Assembly (NCBI GenBank): GCA_041389495.1
Contig: JAWKRT010000001.1
Coordinates: forward strand, 1,042,471 to 1,106,470
DNA length: 64,000 nucleotides
Origin: Myxococcota bacterium
GTDB lineage: Bacteria; Myxococcota_A; UBA9160; UBA4427
Direction: 5' to 3'
Below are positions 39,469 through 48,060 of this stretch, piece after piece. Below the pieces are notes generated by a model. That model did not search any database. It was not told the DNA's origin and was given only the letters and a program-made list of their open reading frames with translations. Each line of letters starts with the position of its first letter. Within the stretch, counting starts at the first letter, position 1. Both the position numbers and the translations under genes were made by a program.

Positions 39469-42400
39469 ATGCGTCGTCTCGTCCTCCAGCTCGTCGCGTT
39501 CGTCCTGCTCGCGTGCGCGTCGGGATGCCTGACGCGCGGCATGGCGATGTCCCCCGGCGATCGCGTGCTCGCCGAGGTCTACATCGCGGCGATGGTCGTG
39601 CAGGCGAAGCTGCTCCCGAATGCGCCCGGCGCGCCGGAGGGCTTCGAGGTCGAGGTCCTGCGCGAGCTCGGGACGACGACGGCCGTGGGCCTCGACGTCG
39701 CGCCGGACGGCGACGTCTTCGTCGCGGTCTCGAACCGGCTCGGCGGCCCCGAGGCGCGCGGCGTGAGCGACAACCGCTCGAAGCCCTACTGGCTCCTCGA
39801 CGATCTTGCGGCGCGCACCGTCGACGATCGCCGCGCCTACATCGAGAAGTGGGCGAGCCAGGGCGGCGATCCGCTCTCCTGGTACACGTCCGATGCCGAC
39901 GCGGTCGTGCGCCTGCGCGACACGGACGGCGACGGCAGCCTCGACGAGCAGCGCGAGGTCTTCGCCGTGCGCGACGTCGTGTCGGGCATCGGCTCGTCGG
40001 TGCTCGTCGACGGCGATGCGCTCTGGTACACGGCGATTCCCGATCTCTTCCGCCTCGTCGACGCCGACGGCGACGGCGAGCTCGAGGAGAGCGAGGTCGT
40101 CGCGCACGGCTTCGGCGTGACGACGTCGCTCGCGGGGCACGACCTGCACGGGCTCGCGTGGGGCCCCGACGGGCGCATCTACTTCAGCGTCGGCGACCGC
40201 GGCTACGACGTCGCGACGCGCGAAGGGCGCCACCTGCGACCTCCGATCGTCGTGAGCCGCGGCGCCGTGTTCCGCATCCTCCCCGACGGCAGCGACCTCG
40301 AGGTGTTCGCGACCGGCCTGCGCAACCCGCAGGACCTCGTGTTCGACGACCTCGGCGAGCTCTTCACCGGCGACAACAACGGCGACGGCGTCGACGAGGC
40401 GCGGCTCGTGCACGTCGTCGAGGGCGGTGACTCCGGCTGGTCGATGCCCGTGCAGACGATGGCGGGCGACTACTTCCACGGTCCGTGGGAGGCCGAGCGC
40501 CTCTGGGAGACGCGGCACGCCGGACAGCCGGCGTGGATCCTGCCGCCGATCGGCTACGTCGGGCGCGGCCCGTCGGGCGTCGCGATCGACCCGGGGCTCG
40601 GCGGCCTCCCGGATCGACTCCGCGGCCACGTCCTGATCTGCGACTACCAGTACGCCGCGCCGCGCAGCGGCGTGCGCGCGTACGAGGTCGAGCCCGACGG
40701 CGCGGGCTTCCGGCTGGCGTCGTCGGCGACGGCGATTCCCTCGGTGCTCGCGACCGACATCGTCTTCGGCCCCGATGGATGGATCTATGCGACCGAGTTC
40801 GACCAGCTCGGGGGCGGGACGAGCCGTCTGCTTCGTTATGCGCGCCCCGAGCACGTCGCCGACCCGCGCGTCGCGGAGCTCGCGGCGCTCCTGCGCGCGG
40901 GCTTCGCGCACCGCGGCGACGACGAGCTCGTCGCGCTGCTCGGGCACGCCGACCGGCGCGCTCGCAGCGGCGCGCAGCGCGCGCTCGCCGCGCGTGGCGC
41001 GGTGGAGCGGCTCGGCGCCGTCGCGCGCGACGCGACGGCGCCGCTGCTCGCGCGCGTCCACGCGCTCTGGGGGCTCGGCGAGATCGGCGCACGCCGCGCG
41101 CGCGACGCTCGCGCGACCGCTGCGCCCGCGGCGCTCGGCGCCGCGGCGGACGCAGCGCCCGGCACCTCCGCGGACGCGGCGCCCGGCGCCGCCGCCTCCG
41201 CGTCATTGGGCGCGCTCGACGACCTCGCGTGGACGCGCGACGCACCGGCCGAAGTGCGCGCGCAGGCGCTGCGCGTCGCGGGCGACGCCGGCGCCATCGG
41301 GCTCGGCGACGAGCTCGTCGCGGCCCTTGCGGACGACGGCCACCCGCGCGCGCAGCGCTTCGCGGCGGATTCGCTCGGCCGGCTCGGCCTCGCGCGCGCC
41401 GTCGAGCCGCTCGTCGAGCTCGTCCGCCGCAACGACGATCGCGACGTCGTCCTGCGCCACGCCGCCGTCCACGCGCTCGCGCGCATCGGCGACGTCGACG
41501 CGGTCGCCCGCCACGCGACGGACGCCTCGGCGGCGGTGCGCATGGCCGTGCTGCTCGTGCTCCGCCGCGCCGAGGACGCGCGCCTCGCTCGCTTCCTCGA
41601 CGACGCCGAGCCGCTCGTCGTCGTCGAGGCCGCGCGCGCGATCTACGACCTGCGCGTCGCTGCGGCGATGCCGGCGCTCGCCGCGCTCGCGACGCGGCCT
41701 TTCGCGCTCGACGAGGACGGCGACGGCCCGTCGACGTACGCCCTGCAGCGGCGCGTGCTCGCCGCCAACCTCGCGCTCGGCCGCGCCGAGGACGCGCTCG
41801 CGCTCGCGAAGTTCGCGGCCGACGCCGCGCACCCGCGCGCGATGCGTGCGCTCGCTCTCGACCTGCTCGGGGAGTTCACGAGTCCCGGACCGCGCGACCC
41901 CGTCCTCGGGCTCTACCGCGAGCTCGGCGCGCGTCCGCCCGAGAGCGTGTACGCCGCGCTCGACCTCGCGGTGCCCGCGCTCGTCGGCACGGATCTCGAG
42001 GCGCGCGCGTTCGAGGTCGCGCTCGCGGCGGGCCGCGTGCCGCTTCCCGACGACGACCTGCTCGCGCGCGTGCGCGGCTGGTTCGAGTCGGAGGACGTGA
42101 AGCGCGCGAGCCTTCGCGTGCTGGCCGACCGCGAATCGCCGCTGCTCGCCGACGCGATCGCGTCCGCACGCCGCTCGCGGCACGCGATGCTGCGCGCGGA
42201 CGCGCTGGAGGCGCTCGCGCGCATCGATCCGGATGCGGCGGTCGACGCGGTCGCGGCGCTCGGCGAGCGCGCGACGCGCGCGGAGCGCCAGCGCGGATAC
42301 GCGACGCTCGCCGCCGTCGGCAGCCCGCGCGCCGATGCGCTCCTGCGCGACGCGCTCGCGCGGCTCGCGGCGGGAGCGCTCGAGCCCGCGCTCGGACTCG

Positions 42401-42924
42401 ACGCGCTCACTGCCGGCCGCGCGCGCGGCGCCGCGCTCGAAGCCGAGGTCGCGGCCGCCGAGCGCGCGCTCGCGAGCGACGATCCCGTGGCGGCGCGCGC
42501 GCTCGCGCTCGAGGGCGGCGACGCCGTGCGCGGCCAGCGCGTCTTCGAGGGCGCGGGCGACTGCATGCGCTGCCACGGCCCGCGCGGCGGCGGCCACGGA
42601 GGCCGCGCCGGTCCGCCGCTCGCCGGCGTCGTGCGACGGCGCGGGCGCGCCTACGTCCTCGAGTCGCTCGTCGCGCCCGCGGCCGAAGTCGTGCCCGGCT
42701 ACGGAACGGTCGCGCTCGTGCTCGAGAACGGCGAGTCGTTCGCCGCGACGCTCGTGCGCGAGGAGGCCGACGCGATCGTCGTCGAGCGCGGTGGCGACGC
42801 GCGCACGATTCCGCGCGCCGAGATCGCATCGATGGGCGCGACCGCGAGCGGCATGCCGCCGATGGGCCTCGGCCTCTCGCTCTCCGACCTGCGGGACGTG
42901 ATCGAGTACGTCGCGGGCCTGTGA
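39469..42924 (+). CDS. large lipoprotein: dehydrogenase/propeller-like N-region + HEAT-repeat region + C-terminal cytochrome c (CxxCH) domain
   Basis: Lipobox-like LLACASGC. The N-terminal third resembles the putative membrane-bound dehydrogenase domain common in Planctomycetes-type proteins (NPQDLVFDDLGELFTGDNNGD). A repeated LxxAxDxxVRxxA HEAT-like region follows. GDCMRCHG haem site near the end. Confidence 0.65.
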   Translation: MRRLVLQLVAFVLLACASGCLTRGMAMSPGDRVLAEVYIAAMVVQAKLLPNAPGAPEGFEVEVLRELGTTTAVGLDVAPDGDVFVAVSNRLGGPEARGVSDNRSKPYWLLDDLAARTVDDRRAYIEKWASQGGDPLSWYTSDADAVVRLRDTDGDGSLDEQREVFAVRDVVSGIGSSVLVDGDALWYTAIPDLFRLVDADGDGELEESEVVAHGFGVTTSLAGHDLHGLAWGPDGRIYFSVGDRGYDVATREGRHLRPPIVVSRGAVFRILPDGSDLEVFATGLRNPQDLVFDDLGELFTGDNNGDGVDEARLVHVVEGGDSGWSMPVQTMAGDYFHGPWEAERLWETRHAGQPAWILPPIGYVGRGPSGVAIDPGLGGLPDRLRGHVLICDYQYAAPRSGVRAYEVEPDGAGFRLASSATAIPSVLATDIVFGPDGWIYATEFDQLGGGTSRLLRYARPEHVADPRVAELAALLRAGFAHRGDDELVALLGHADRRARSGAQRALAARGAVERLGAVARDATAPLLARVHALWGLGEIGARRARDARATAAPAALGAAADAAPGTSADAAPGAAASASLGALDDLAWTRDAPAEVRAQALRVAGDAGAIGLGDELVAALADDGHPRAQRFAADSLGRLGLARAVEPLVELVRRNDDRDVVLRHAAVHALARIGDVDAVARHATDASAAVRMAVLLVLRRAEDARLARFLDDAEPLVVVEAARAIYDLRVAAAMPALAALATRPFALDEDGDGPSTYALQRRVLAANLALGRAEDALALAKFAADAAHPRAMRALALDLLGEFTSPGPRDPVLGLYRELGARPPESVYAALDLAVPALVGTDLEARAFEVALAAGRVPLPDDDLLARVRGWFESEDVKRASLRVLADRESPLLADAIASARRSRHAMLRADALEALARIDPDAAVDAVAALGERATRAERQRGYATLAAVGSPRADALLRDALARLAAGALEPALGLDALTAGRARGAALEAEVAAAERALASDDPVAARALALEGGDAVRGQRVFEGAGDCMRCHGPRGGGHGGRAGPPLAGVVRRRGRAYVLESLVAPAAEVVPGYGTVALVLENGESFAATLVREEADAIVVERGGDARTIPRAEIASMGATASGMPPMGLGLSLSDLRDVIEYVAGL

Positions 42925-42981
42925 GGCTTCGCGCGGAGCGCGGCGTCGGCGCTCTCCGCGCGCGCGACGCATCCAACGAGA

Positions 42982-43013
42982 GAGGGCCGCCCGGCTCGCG
43001 CCGAGCGGCCCTC
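42982..43013. terminator. GC-rich hairpin between the convergent 39469-42924 gene and paralog P1 (bidirectional terminator candidate)
   Basis: GAGGGCCGC (42982-42990) pairs with GCGGCCCTC (43005-43013), plus an inner CGGC/GCCG stem. The outer stem sequence is related to the hairpins after P2-P4. Confidence 0.5.
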
Positions 43014-43074
43014 GAAGATCGCGTCGCGCGAAGGCGGGTGGTGCGCACCCGCCGCGTGCGACGACCGGGCGCGA

Positions 43075-43797
43075 CTACTTCTTGCGCAGGCCCGCGCGCG
43101 CGCCGGCGGCGAGCAGACCGAGCGCGAGTGCACCCACGCCGACGAGCGGGAGCGCCGGCACCGAGCCGCCGACGAAGGCGCCGCGCAGCAGCGACTGCCG
43201 GTTGCTCAGGCCGCCGTTGAACGTGCCCCAGACGTAGTTCGAGGCGGCCTGGAAGTCGCCGCCCGCGTCGAAGGTCCAGGTGCCGAGGTCGAAGGTCGGC
43301 GACGTGATCGGCGAGAGCCGCGTCGTCGCACCGTGCGGGAGCTGCGCGCCGGCCGTGCAGATCGTCTGCGGGCTCGCGACGCAGAAGCCGACGCCCGTGT
43401 TGGCCCAGCCGCCGAGGATGCCCCAGTCGACCGTTCCGGTGGGCGCGGTGCTACCGGGCGCCGTCTGTCCGGGCGACGCCGAGATGAAGCTCACCGCGTC
43501 GACGAAGACGTAGGCGCCGGGCCCGAACGTGGCCGTCGCGTCGAAGTCGACCCGCGTCACCCGCTGCATGTCGATCTCGACGACCGTCACCGTGCCGCCG
43601 CCGGTGTCGTTCAGGCGATAGCTGCCCTGCTGCGCGCCGGGCGTCACGCTGATGGGCGGGCACAGCGTGGTCGAGAACTGGAACTCGTCGCCCGGCGTGC
43701 CGTGCGGAGGCGTGGAGTCGTACACCTTCACGACGGCCGAAGCGGGGAGAGCGAGGGCCGCGGCAGCAGCGGCAACGAGCCAGTGGCCAAGCTTCAT
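43075..43797 (-). CDS. secreted protein with PEP-CTERM-like C-terminal sorting tail, paralog P1
   Basis: 240 aa. ATG 43797 preceded by GAGGAGAAG. Signal peptide MKLGHWLVAAAAAALALPASA/VVK. Shares conserved blocks with P2-P4. Ends GGSVPALPLVGVGALALGLLAAGARAGLRKK. Confidence 0.75.
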   Translation of the reverse strand: MKLGHWLVAAAAAALALPASAVVKVYDSTPPHGTPGDEFQFSTTLCPPISVTPGAQQGSYRLNDTGGGTVTVVEIDMQRVTRVDFDATATFGPGAYVFVDAVSFISASPGQTAPGSTAPTGTVDWGILGGWANTGVGFCVASPQTICTAGAQLPHGATTRLSPITSPTFDLGTWTFDAGGDFQAASNYVWGTFNGGLSNRQSLLRGAFVGGSVPALPLVGVGALALGLLAAGARAGLRKK

Positions 43798-43885
43798 GAT
43801 CTTCTCCTCGGTGATGGGGCCGTCCCCGATGCACGCGCCGCCCTGCGCGGCGGCCTGGCGGACGCGACGGCCTCGCCGCACGCAA

Positions 43886-43901
43886 TGCAACCGGTGTGCC
43901 C
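43886..43901 (-). promoter_or_regulatory. sigma54 (-24/-12) promoter of P1: GGGCAC-ACCGG-TTGCA
   Basis: The reverse complement of 43886-43901 reads GGGCACACCGGTTGCA, with GG-N10-GC spacing. This is a near-perfect match to TGGCAC-N5-TTGCA, about 90 nt upstream of the P1 ATG and in the correct orientation. Confidence 0.65.
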
Positions 43902-44004
43902 GCACGCCCCGATCGCGAGGCGGCCGCCAGGGCCTCGCGGGTGGCGGCGGGGGGCGCGTCTCGCCGCGCGCGAGCGGGCGGCGGAGCGGCGTGCGCCGCC
44001 TCGC

Positions 44005-44021
44005 TGGCGCAAGCTGCGCCA
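44005..44021. promoter_or_regulatory. perfect palindrome TGGCGCA-AGC-TGCGCCA ~105 nt upstream of the P1 -24 element (candidate enhancer-binding-protein site)
   Basis: Read directly. 7-bp arms with a 3-nt spacer. Related palindromes lie upstream of the P2 and P3 promoters. Confidence 0.35.
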
Positions 44022-44136
44022 CCGCGAACGAACCCGGCCGCCTAGCGAGCGTGCGGTGTACCCGCCGGCTCCTCGAGCCTGTGCGCGACCGACGCGCTGC
44101 GTCATGCACCTGCAGGGGGTGGGATCGGCAGCCGGC

Positions 44137-44796
44137 CTAGCGTCGTCGCCGCCTAACGACTTCCTCCGCGCGCGCGCGCGCGGCCTCGAGGGCGTCGCCG
44201 AGCTCGCGCTCGTCGCCCGGGTGTGCGGCGGCGACGTCGATCGCGATTCGCGCGAACGGCAGGGGAAGGCACAGCGCGTCCCACGTTGGAAGGCGAAGTG
44301 CCGGCCGCGCCGCGCAGCCGACGACGACGAACGGCGCGCGCGCGAGTGCCGCGGCACGGGCCGCGCCCGGACGCGCGCTGCGAGCGGGGCCGCGCGGCCC
44401 GTCCGCCAGCACGGCGACGGCCGCCCCCGCGCGCACCCGCGCGACGAGCTCGCGGAGCATCACCGCGGCTCCGCGCGAGCTCGAGCCGCGCACGGGCTCG
44501 CCGTAGCCGAGGCGGGCGAGGACGAGCGCGACGCGGTCGCCGTCGCGGCTGCGGCTCACCGCCATCGCGATGCCGCGGTCGCGGAAGTGGTGCGCGGCGA
44601 TCGGCCAGCTCTCGTGCCACAGCGCGCCGACGAGCGCGCCCGCGCCGCGTCCGATCGCGTCGATGGGGACGTCGCTCCGGACCGCGACGCGCCACGTCGC
44701 GCCGAGCGCGCGCAGCAGTGCGGCGACGATGCGCGCGGCGGCGCGTTCGACGAGCGGCCGACGGCGGCGGTCTGCGCGCGCCGCTTCGTCGCTCAT
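44137..44796 (-). CDS. DUF374-domain protein (lysophospholipid-acyltransferase-like)
   Basis: 219 aa. ALWHESWPIAAHHF...AVSRSRDGD...LADGPRGPARSARPGAA resembles the DUF374 signature. Its ATG overlaps the stop of the upstream EamA gene (ATGA). Confidence 0.6.
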   Translation of the reverse strand: MSDEAARADRRRRPLVERAAARIVAALLRALGATWRVAVRSDVPIDAIGRGAGALVGALWHESWPIAAHHFRDRGIAMAVSRSRDGDRVALVLARLGYGEPVRGSSSRGAAVMLRELVARVRAGAAVAVLADGPRGPARSARPGAARAAALARAPFVVVGCAARPALRLPTWDALCLPLPFARIAIDVAAAHPGDERELGDALEAARARAEEVVRRRRR

Positions 44797-45719
44797 CCCG
44801 CGATCGCCACGAGCGCGACGCCCGCGCAGATGATCACCGCGCCCGCGATGCGCGCGCTGCCCGGGCGCTCGCGCAGCCACGCGACGCCGAGCGCGACCGC
44901 GAACAGCACGCTCGACTGGCGCACGGCGACGACGTAGCTCGCCGGCGCGCTGCGCAGCGCCTCGAGCACGAGCGAGTAGCCGACGAGCGAGAACGCGAAC
45001 GCGCGGAGCGCGTTGCGCAGCTCGGGCGACGAGGGCGACAGCGCCGCGCGCAGCGCGGCCGCGCGCGGCGCGCGCGCGACGGCGGGCACGAGACCGAGCG
45101 CACCGCCGAGCGACGTCAGCGCGAAGTACGCGACCGAGCGCGGCACGGGCGACGTCCACGCGACGCCATCGAGCCGCGCCATCGCGGCCTTGTCCGTCAC
45201 GCCGTAGCCGACCGTGGCGGCGAGGGTGAGCAGCGCGAGTCCGGCGCCCGGCGCGATCCACGCGCGCGGATCGACGCGGCCGCGCGTCTGCACGCACCAC
45301 ATGCCGGCGACGACGACCGCGATGCCGACGGCGCCGGCCGCGCTCAGCCGCTCGCCGAGCAGCGGGCCCGCCGCGAACGGCAGGAAGGCCGGCGTCGAGC
45401 GCGCGATCGGGTAGACGAGCGAGAGGTCGGCGACCGCGAGCGCGCGCGCCATCCAGTAGAGGTACGCGGCGTGGCAGACGCTCGCCGCGCCGACCCACGC
45501 CCAGAACGTCGCGTCGGCGGTGCGCAGCTGCGGCGATGCGGCGAGCAGCGCGATCGCGAGCAACGCGCCCGGCGCGGCCTGCAGGAAGTTGAACAGGACG
45601 GGGTCGCGGCTCCCCTTGATCCACGCGCTCCAGAAGGCGTGCAGGGCGGCGGAGGCGAGGACGAGCGCGAGCTCGGTCGGCGTCACGGCCCGACGGTACC
45701 CCGCCCTCGCGCGCGACAC
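44793..45719 (-). CDS. EamA/DMT-superfamily transporter
   Basis: ~300 aa with ten predicted hydrophobic helices in two similar halves. The start is uncertain (an internal GTG near 45686 is possible). Confidence 0.7.
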   Translation of the reverse strand: MSRARAGYRRAVTPTELALVLASAALHAFWSAWIKGSRDPVLFNFLQAAPGALLAIALLAASPQLRTADATFWAWVGAASVCHAAYLYWMARALAVADLSLVYPIARSTPAFLPFAAGPLLGERLSAAGAVGIAVVVAGMWCVQTRGRVDPRAWIAPGAGLALLTLAATVGYGVTDKAAMARLDGVAWTSPVPRSVAYFALTSLGGALGLVPAVARAPRAAALRAALSPSSPELRNALRAFAFSLVGYSLVLEALRSAPASYVVAVRQSSVLFAVALGVAWLRERPGSARIAGAVIICAGVALVAIAG

Positions 45720-45768
45720 GCGGCGCGGCGCCGCCGACCCCTGCCGCGCGGTGGGAGCCCGCGACGAA

Positions 45769-45800
45769 GAAGGGCCGCTGGCTCCTGCCAGCGGCCCTTC
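45769..45800 (-). terminator. 14-bp stem / 4-nt loop hairpin downstream of P2
   Basis: GAAGGGCCGCTGGC-tcct-GCCAGCGGCCCTTC, 64 nt beyond the P2 stop. The same stem recurs after P3 and P4. Confidence 0.55.
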
Positions 45801-45863
45801 GGAGAGGCCGCGCGAGCCGCGTGCGCACTCGTGCGCCGCGCGTCTCGCGCTCTGCGCGCGCGG

Positions 45864-46595
45864 CTACTTCTTGCGGAGCACCGTGCGCGAGCCCGCGACG
45901 AGCAGTCCGATCGCGAGCGCGCCCGCGCCGAGGAGCGGAAGGGCGGGAACACCGCCGCCGACGAACGCGCCGCGCAGGAGGAACTGGCGGTTCGACGTGC
46001 CGCCGTTGTTCGTCTGGTTGATGTACGGCGAGGCGGCCTGGAAGTCGCCCTCCGCGTCGAACGCCCAGGTGCCGAGGTCGTACGTCGGCGAGTTCACGTC
46101 GGGCGACGGCTGCGTCTGACCGTGCGGCACCTGCGTTCCCTGCGTGCAGATCGTCTGCGGGCTCGAGATGCAGAAGGCCTGACCGCTGACGGTCCAGCCC
46201 GCCAGGATGCCCCAGTCGACCGAGCCGCCGGGCGCCGTGCTGCCCGTATGGGTGGTGCCGAGGGTGACGTGACGCGTGGAGTCCGAGGTCGTGAACACGT
46301 AGGAGCCGGGCCCGAAGATCGGGACGAGGGCGACCGGTCCGAAGTTCGTGTTCACGATGCGGCGCAGGTTGAAGTCGTTCAGCGTGACGGTGCCGCCGCC
46401 GTTGTCGTCGATCTTGTAGTCGCCCTGGATGAGCCCGGCACTCGACTGGATCGGCGGGCACAGCGCGACGGAGTACTGGAGCTCGTCACCGGCGGTGCCG
46501 TTCGGCGGGGTCGAGTTGTAGGTCTTCACGACGGCCGAGGCCGGCGCGGCGATCGCCGCGATGGCGAGCGCGAGAACAGCAATCGAGGAACGCAT
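45864..46595 (-). CDS. secreted protein with PEP-CTERM-like C-terminal sorting tail, paralog P2
   Basis: 243 aa. ATG preceded by AGGAGGGAG. Signal peptide MRSSIAVLALAIAAIAAPASA/VVK. Ends GGGVPALPLLGAGALAIGLLVAGSRTVLRKK. Confidence 0.8.
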   Translation of the reverse strand: MRSSIAVLALAIAAIAAPASAVVKTYNSTPPNGTAGDELQYSVALCPPIQSSAGLIQGDYKIDDNGGGTVTLNDFNLRRIVNTNFGPVALVPIFGPGSYVFTTSDSTRHVTLGTTHTGSTAPGGSVDWGILAGWTVSGQAFCISSPQTICTQGTQVPHGQTQPSPDVNSPTYDLGTWAFDAEGDFQAASPYINQTNNGGTSNRQFLLRGAFVGGGVPALPLLGAGALAIGLLVAGSRTVLRKK

Positions 46596-46778
46596 TTCGG
46601 GGGTCTCCCTCCTGGGCCCGGTCGTGCGTCCTGCACGCCGAGCGGTCTGGTCGATGATCCGGCTGCCCGCGTCGCAGGAGACTTCCGCGGTGCGGGGCAG
46701 CCCGACACGTGAGCGCGACTCCGCGGCGGTGACCAGCGTGCTGGTCGTGCGCGCTACGCCGCGGCGGCGCGCGCCGAC

Positions 46779-46794
46779 TGCAACTCACATGCCG
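46779..46794 (-). promoter_or_regulatory. sigma54 (-24/-12) promoter of P2: CGGCAT-GTGAG-TTGCA
   Basis: The reverse complement of 46779-46794 has correct GG-N10-GC spacing, about 185 nt upstream of the P2 ATG. Confidence 0.6.
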
Positions 46795-46843
46795 TGATGA
46801 CGCAGCGCGTAGGCCCACGCCGCGGCGCGTCGCCGCCCACTCC

Positions 46844-46858
46844 GGCGCGTTTCGCGCC
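46844..46858. promoter_or_regulatory. palindrome GGCGCG-TTT-CGCGCC ~50 nt upstream of the P2 -24 element
   Basis: Read directly. Same arms and same distance from the promoter as the P3 copy, although the surrounding sequence has diverged. Confidence 0.35.
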
Positions 46859-46922
46859 ACGAACTTGGCGCAATATGGGCCAAGAGACGGCATGTCCCGG
46901 TCGCCGAGTGGCCCGAAAGCAG

Positions 46923-46954
46923 GAAGGGCCGCTGGCGGATGCCAGCGGCCCTTC
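46923..46954 (-). terminator. 14-bp stem / 4-nt loop hairpin downstream of P3
   Basis: GAAGGGCCGCTGGC-ggat-GCCAGCGGCCCTTC. On the minus strand it is followed by TTCCTGCTTTCGGG. Confidence 0.55.
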
Positions 46955-47730
46955 GGAGAGGCCGCGCGAGCCGCGTGCACCCTCGCGGGCGCCGCGCGTC
47001 TCGCGCTCTTCGCGCGCGGCTACTTCTTGCGGAGCACCGTGCGCGAGCCCGCGACGAGCAGGCCGATCGCGAGCGCGCCCGCGCCGATCAGCGGCAGGGC
47101 GGGGACGCCACCGCCGACGAACGCGCCGCGGATGAGGAACTGGCGGTTCGACGTGCCGCCGTTGTTCGTCTGGTTGATGTACGGCGAGGCGGCCTGGAAG
47201 TCGCCCTCCGCGTCGAACGCCCAGGTGCCGAGGTCGTACGTCGGCGAGTTCACGTCGGGCGAGGGTGTCGTCATGCCGTGCGGCACCTGCGATCCCGCGG
47301 TGCAGATCGTGAGCGGGCTCGAGATGCAGAAGGCCTGACCGCTGTTGCTCCAGCCCGACAGGATGCCCCAGTCGATCGAGCCGCCGGGCGCCGTGCTGCC
47401 GGGGTGGGTGGTGCCGAGCGTCGGGCGGCGCGTGGCGTCGGAGGTGACGAACACGTAGGCGCCGGGCCCGAAGACGACGGTGATCGCGTCGGGGCCGAAG
47501 TTGGTGTTCACGATGCGGCGCATGTTGAAGTCGGTGATGGTCACCGTGCCGCCGCCGTTGTCGTTGAGCTGGTAGTCGCCCTGCATGAGGCCCGCGCTCG
47601 ACTGGATGGGCGGGCAGAGCGTCGTCGAGTACTGGAGCTCGTCGCCGGGCGTTCCGTGCGGCGGCGTGGCGTCGTAGGTCTTCACCACGGCGGAGGCCGG
47701 CGCGGCGATCGCGGCGGCCGCGAGCGCGAG
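46923..47730 (-). repeat. 808-nt segment (terminator + nearly all of P3) duplicated at 48061-48868
   Basis: Offset of exactly 1138 nt with no indels. Includes an identical stretch of more than 200 nt (approx. 47420-47650 vs 48558-48788). Similarity stops at the signal-peptide codons and upstream regions. Confidence 0.85.
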
Positions 47731-47751
47731 AATCCACTTCGAGATTCGCAT
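47020..47751 (-). CDS. secreted protein with PEP-CTERM-like C-terminal sorting tail, paralog P3
   Basis: 243 aa. ATG 47751 preceded by AAGGAG. Signal peptide MRISKWILALAAAAIAAPASA/VVK. Ends GGGVPALPLIGAGALAIGLLVAGSRTVLRKK. Confidence 0.8.
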   Translation of the reverse strand: MRISKWILALAAAAIAAPASAVVKTYDATPPHGTPGDELQYSTTLCPPIQSSAGLMQGDYQLNDNGGGTVTITDFNMRRIVNTNFGPDAITVVFGPGAYVFVTSDATRRPTLGTTHPGSTAPGGSIDWGILSGWSNSGQAFCISSPLTICTAGSQVPHGMTTPSPDVNSPTYDLGTWAFDAEGDFQAASPYINQTNNGGTSNRQFLIRGAFVGGGVPALPLIGAGALAIGLLVAGSRTVLRKK

Positions 47752-47871
47752 TTCGAGCAGCTCCTTGTGCCGTTCGGCCGCTGCCCCCGCGCGATCGGCG
47801 GCGGTGCGTGCCGGGTTCCTCGGCCATCCCTGCGGGACCCAGCGGTCGTGGGATGGACGAAGCCGGGGCAA

Positions 47872-47887
47872 AGCAAGGCGCATGCCC
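47872..47887 (-). promoter_or_regulatory. sigma54 (-24/-12) promoter of P3: GGGCAT-GCGCC-TTGCT
   Basis: The reverse complement of 47872-47887 has correct GG-N10-GC spacing, about 120 nt upstream of the P3 ATG. Confidence 0.6.
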
Positions 47888-47936
47888 TCGCGTACGACGC
47901 GCGTGGACGTGCACGAGCCCGCGTGCGCGGACGCGC

Positions 47937-47952
47937 TGGCGCGATTCGCGCC
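47937..47952. promoter_or_regulatory. palindrome (T)GGCGCG-ATT-CGCGCC ~50 nt upstream of the P3 -24 element
   Basis: Read directly. Matches the P2 copy in arm sequence and in spacing to the promoter. Confidence 0.35.
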
Positions 47953-48060
47953 GGTCGAGTGGCGCGGGACGGAGCGGCGACGCGGTCGACGTCGTCGGGC
48001 GGCGCGCCCGGCGGCTGCGCATCGCCGCGGCCCCTTCCGCGCTCCAGGGGTGTGAAGGAA

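Noticed and set aside
43333-44937. ORFs overlapping the paralog loci on the opposite strand or in other frames. Examples: 43333-44937(+), 43451-43885(-), 46754-48118(-), 46939-48273(+) and 48077-49018(+).
   Set aside because: Their composition is Arg/Ala-rich junk. The four paralog frames are mutually supporting, with conserved protein blocks, SD sequences, signal peptides and terminators.
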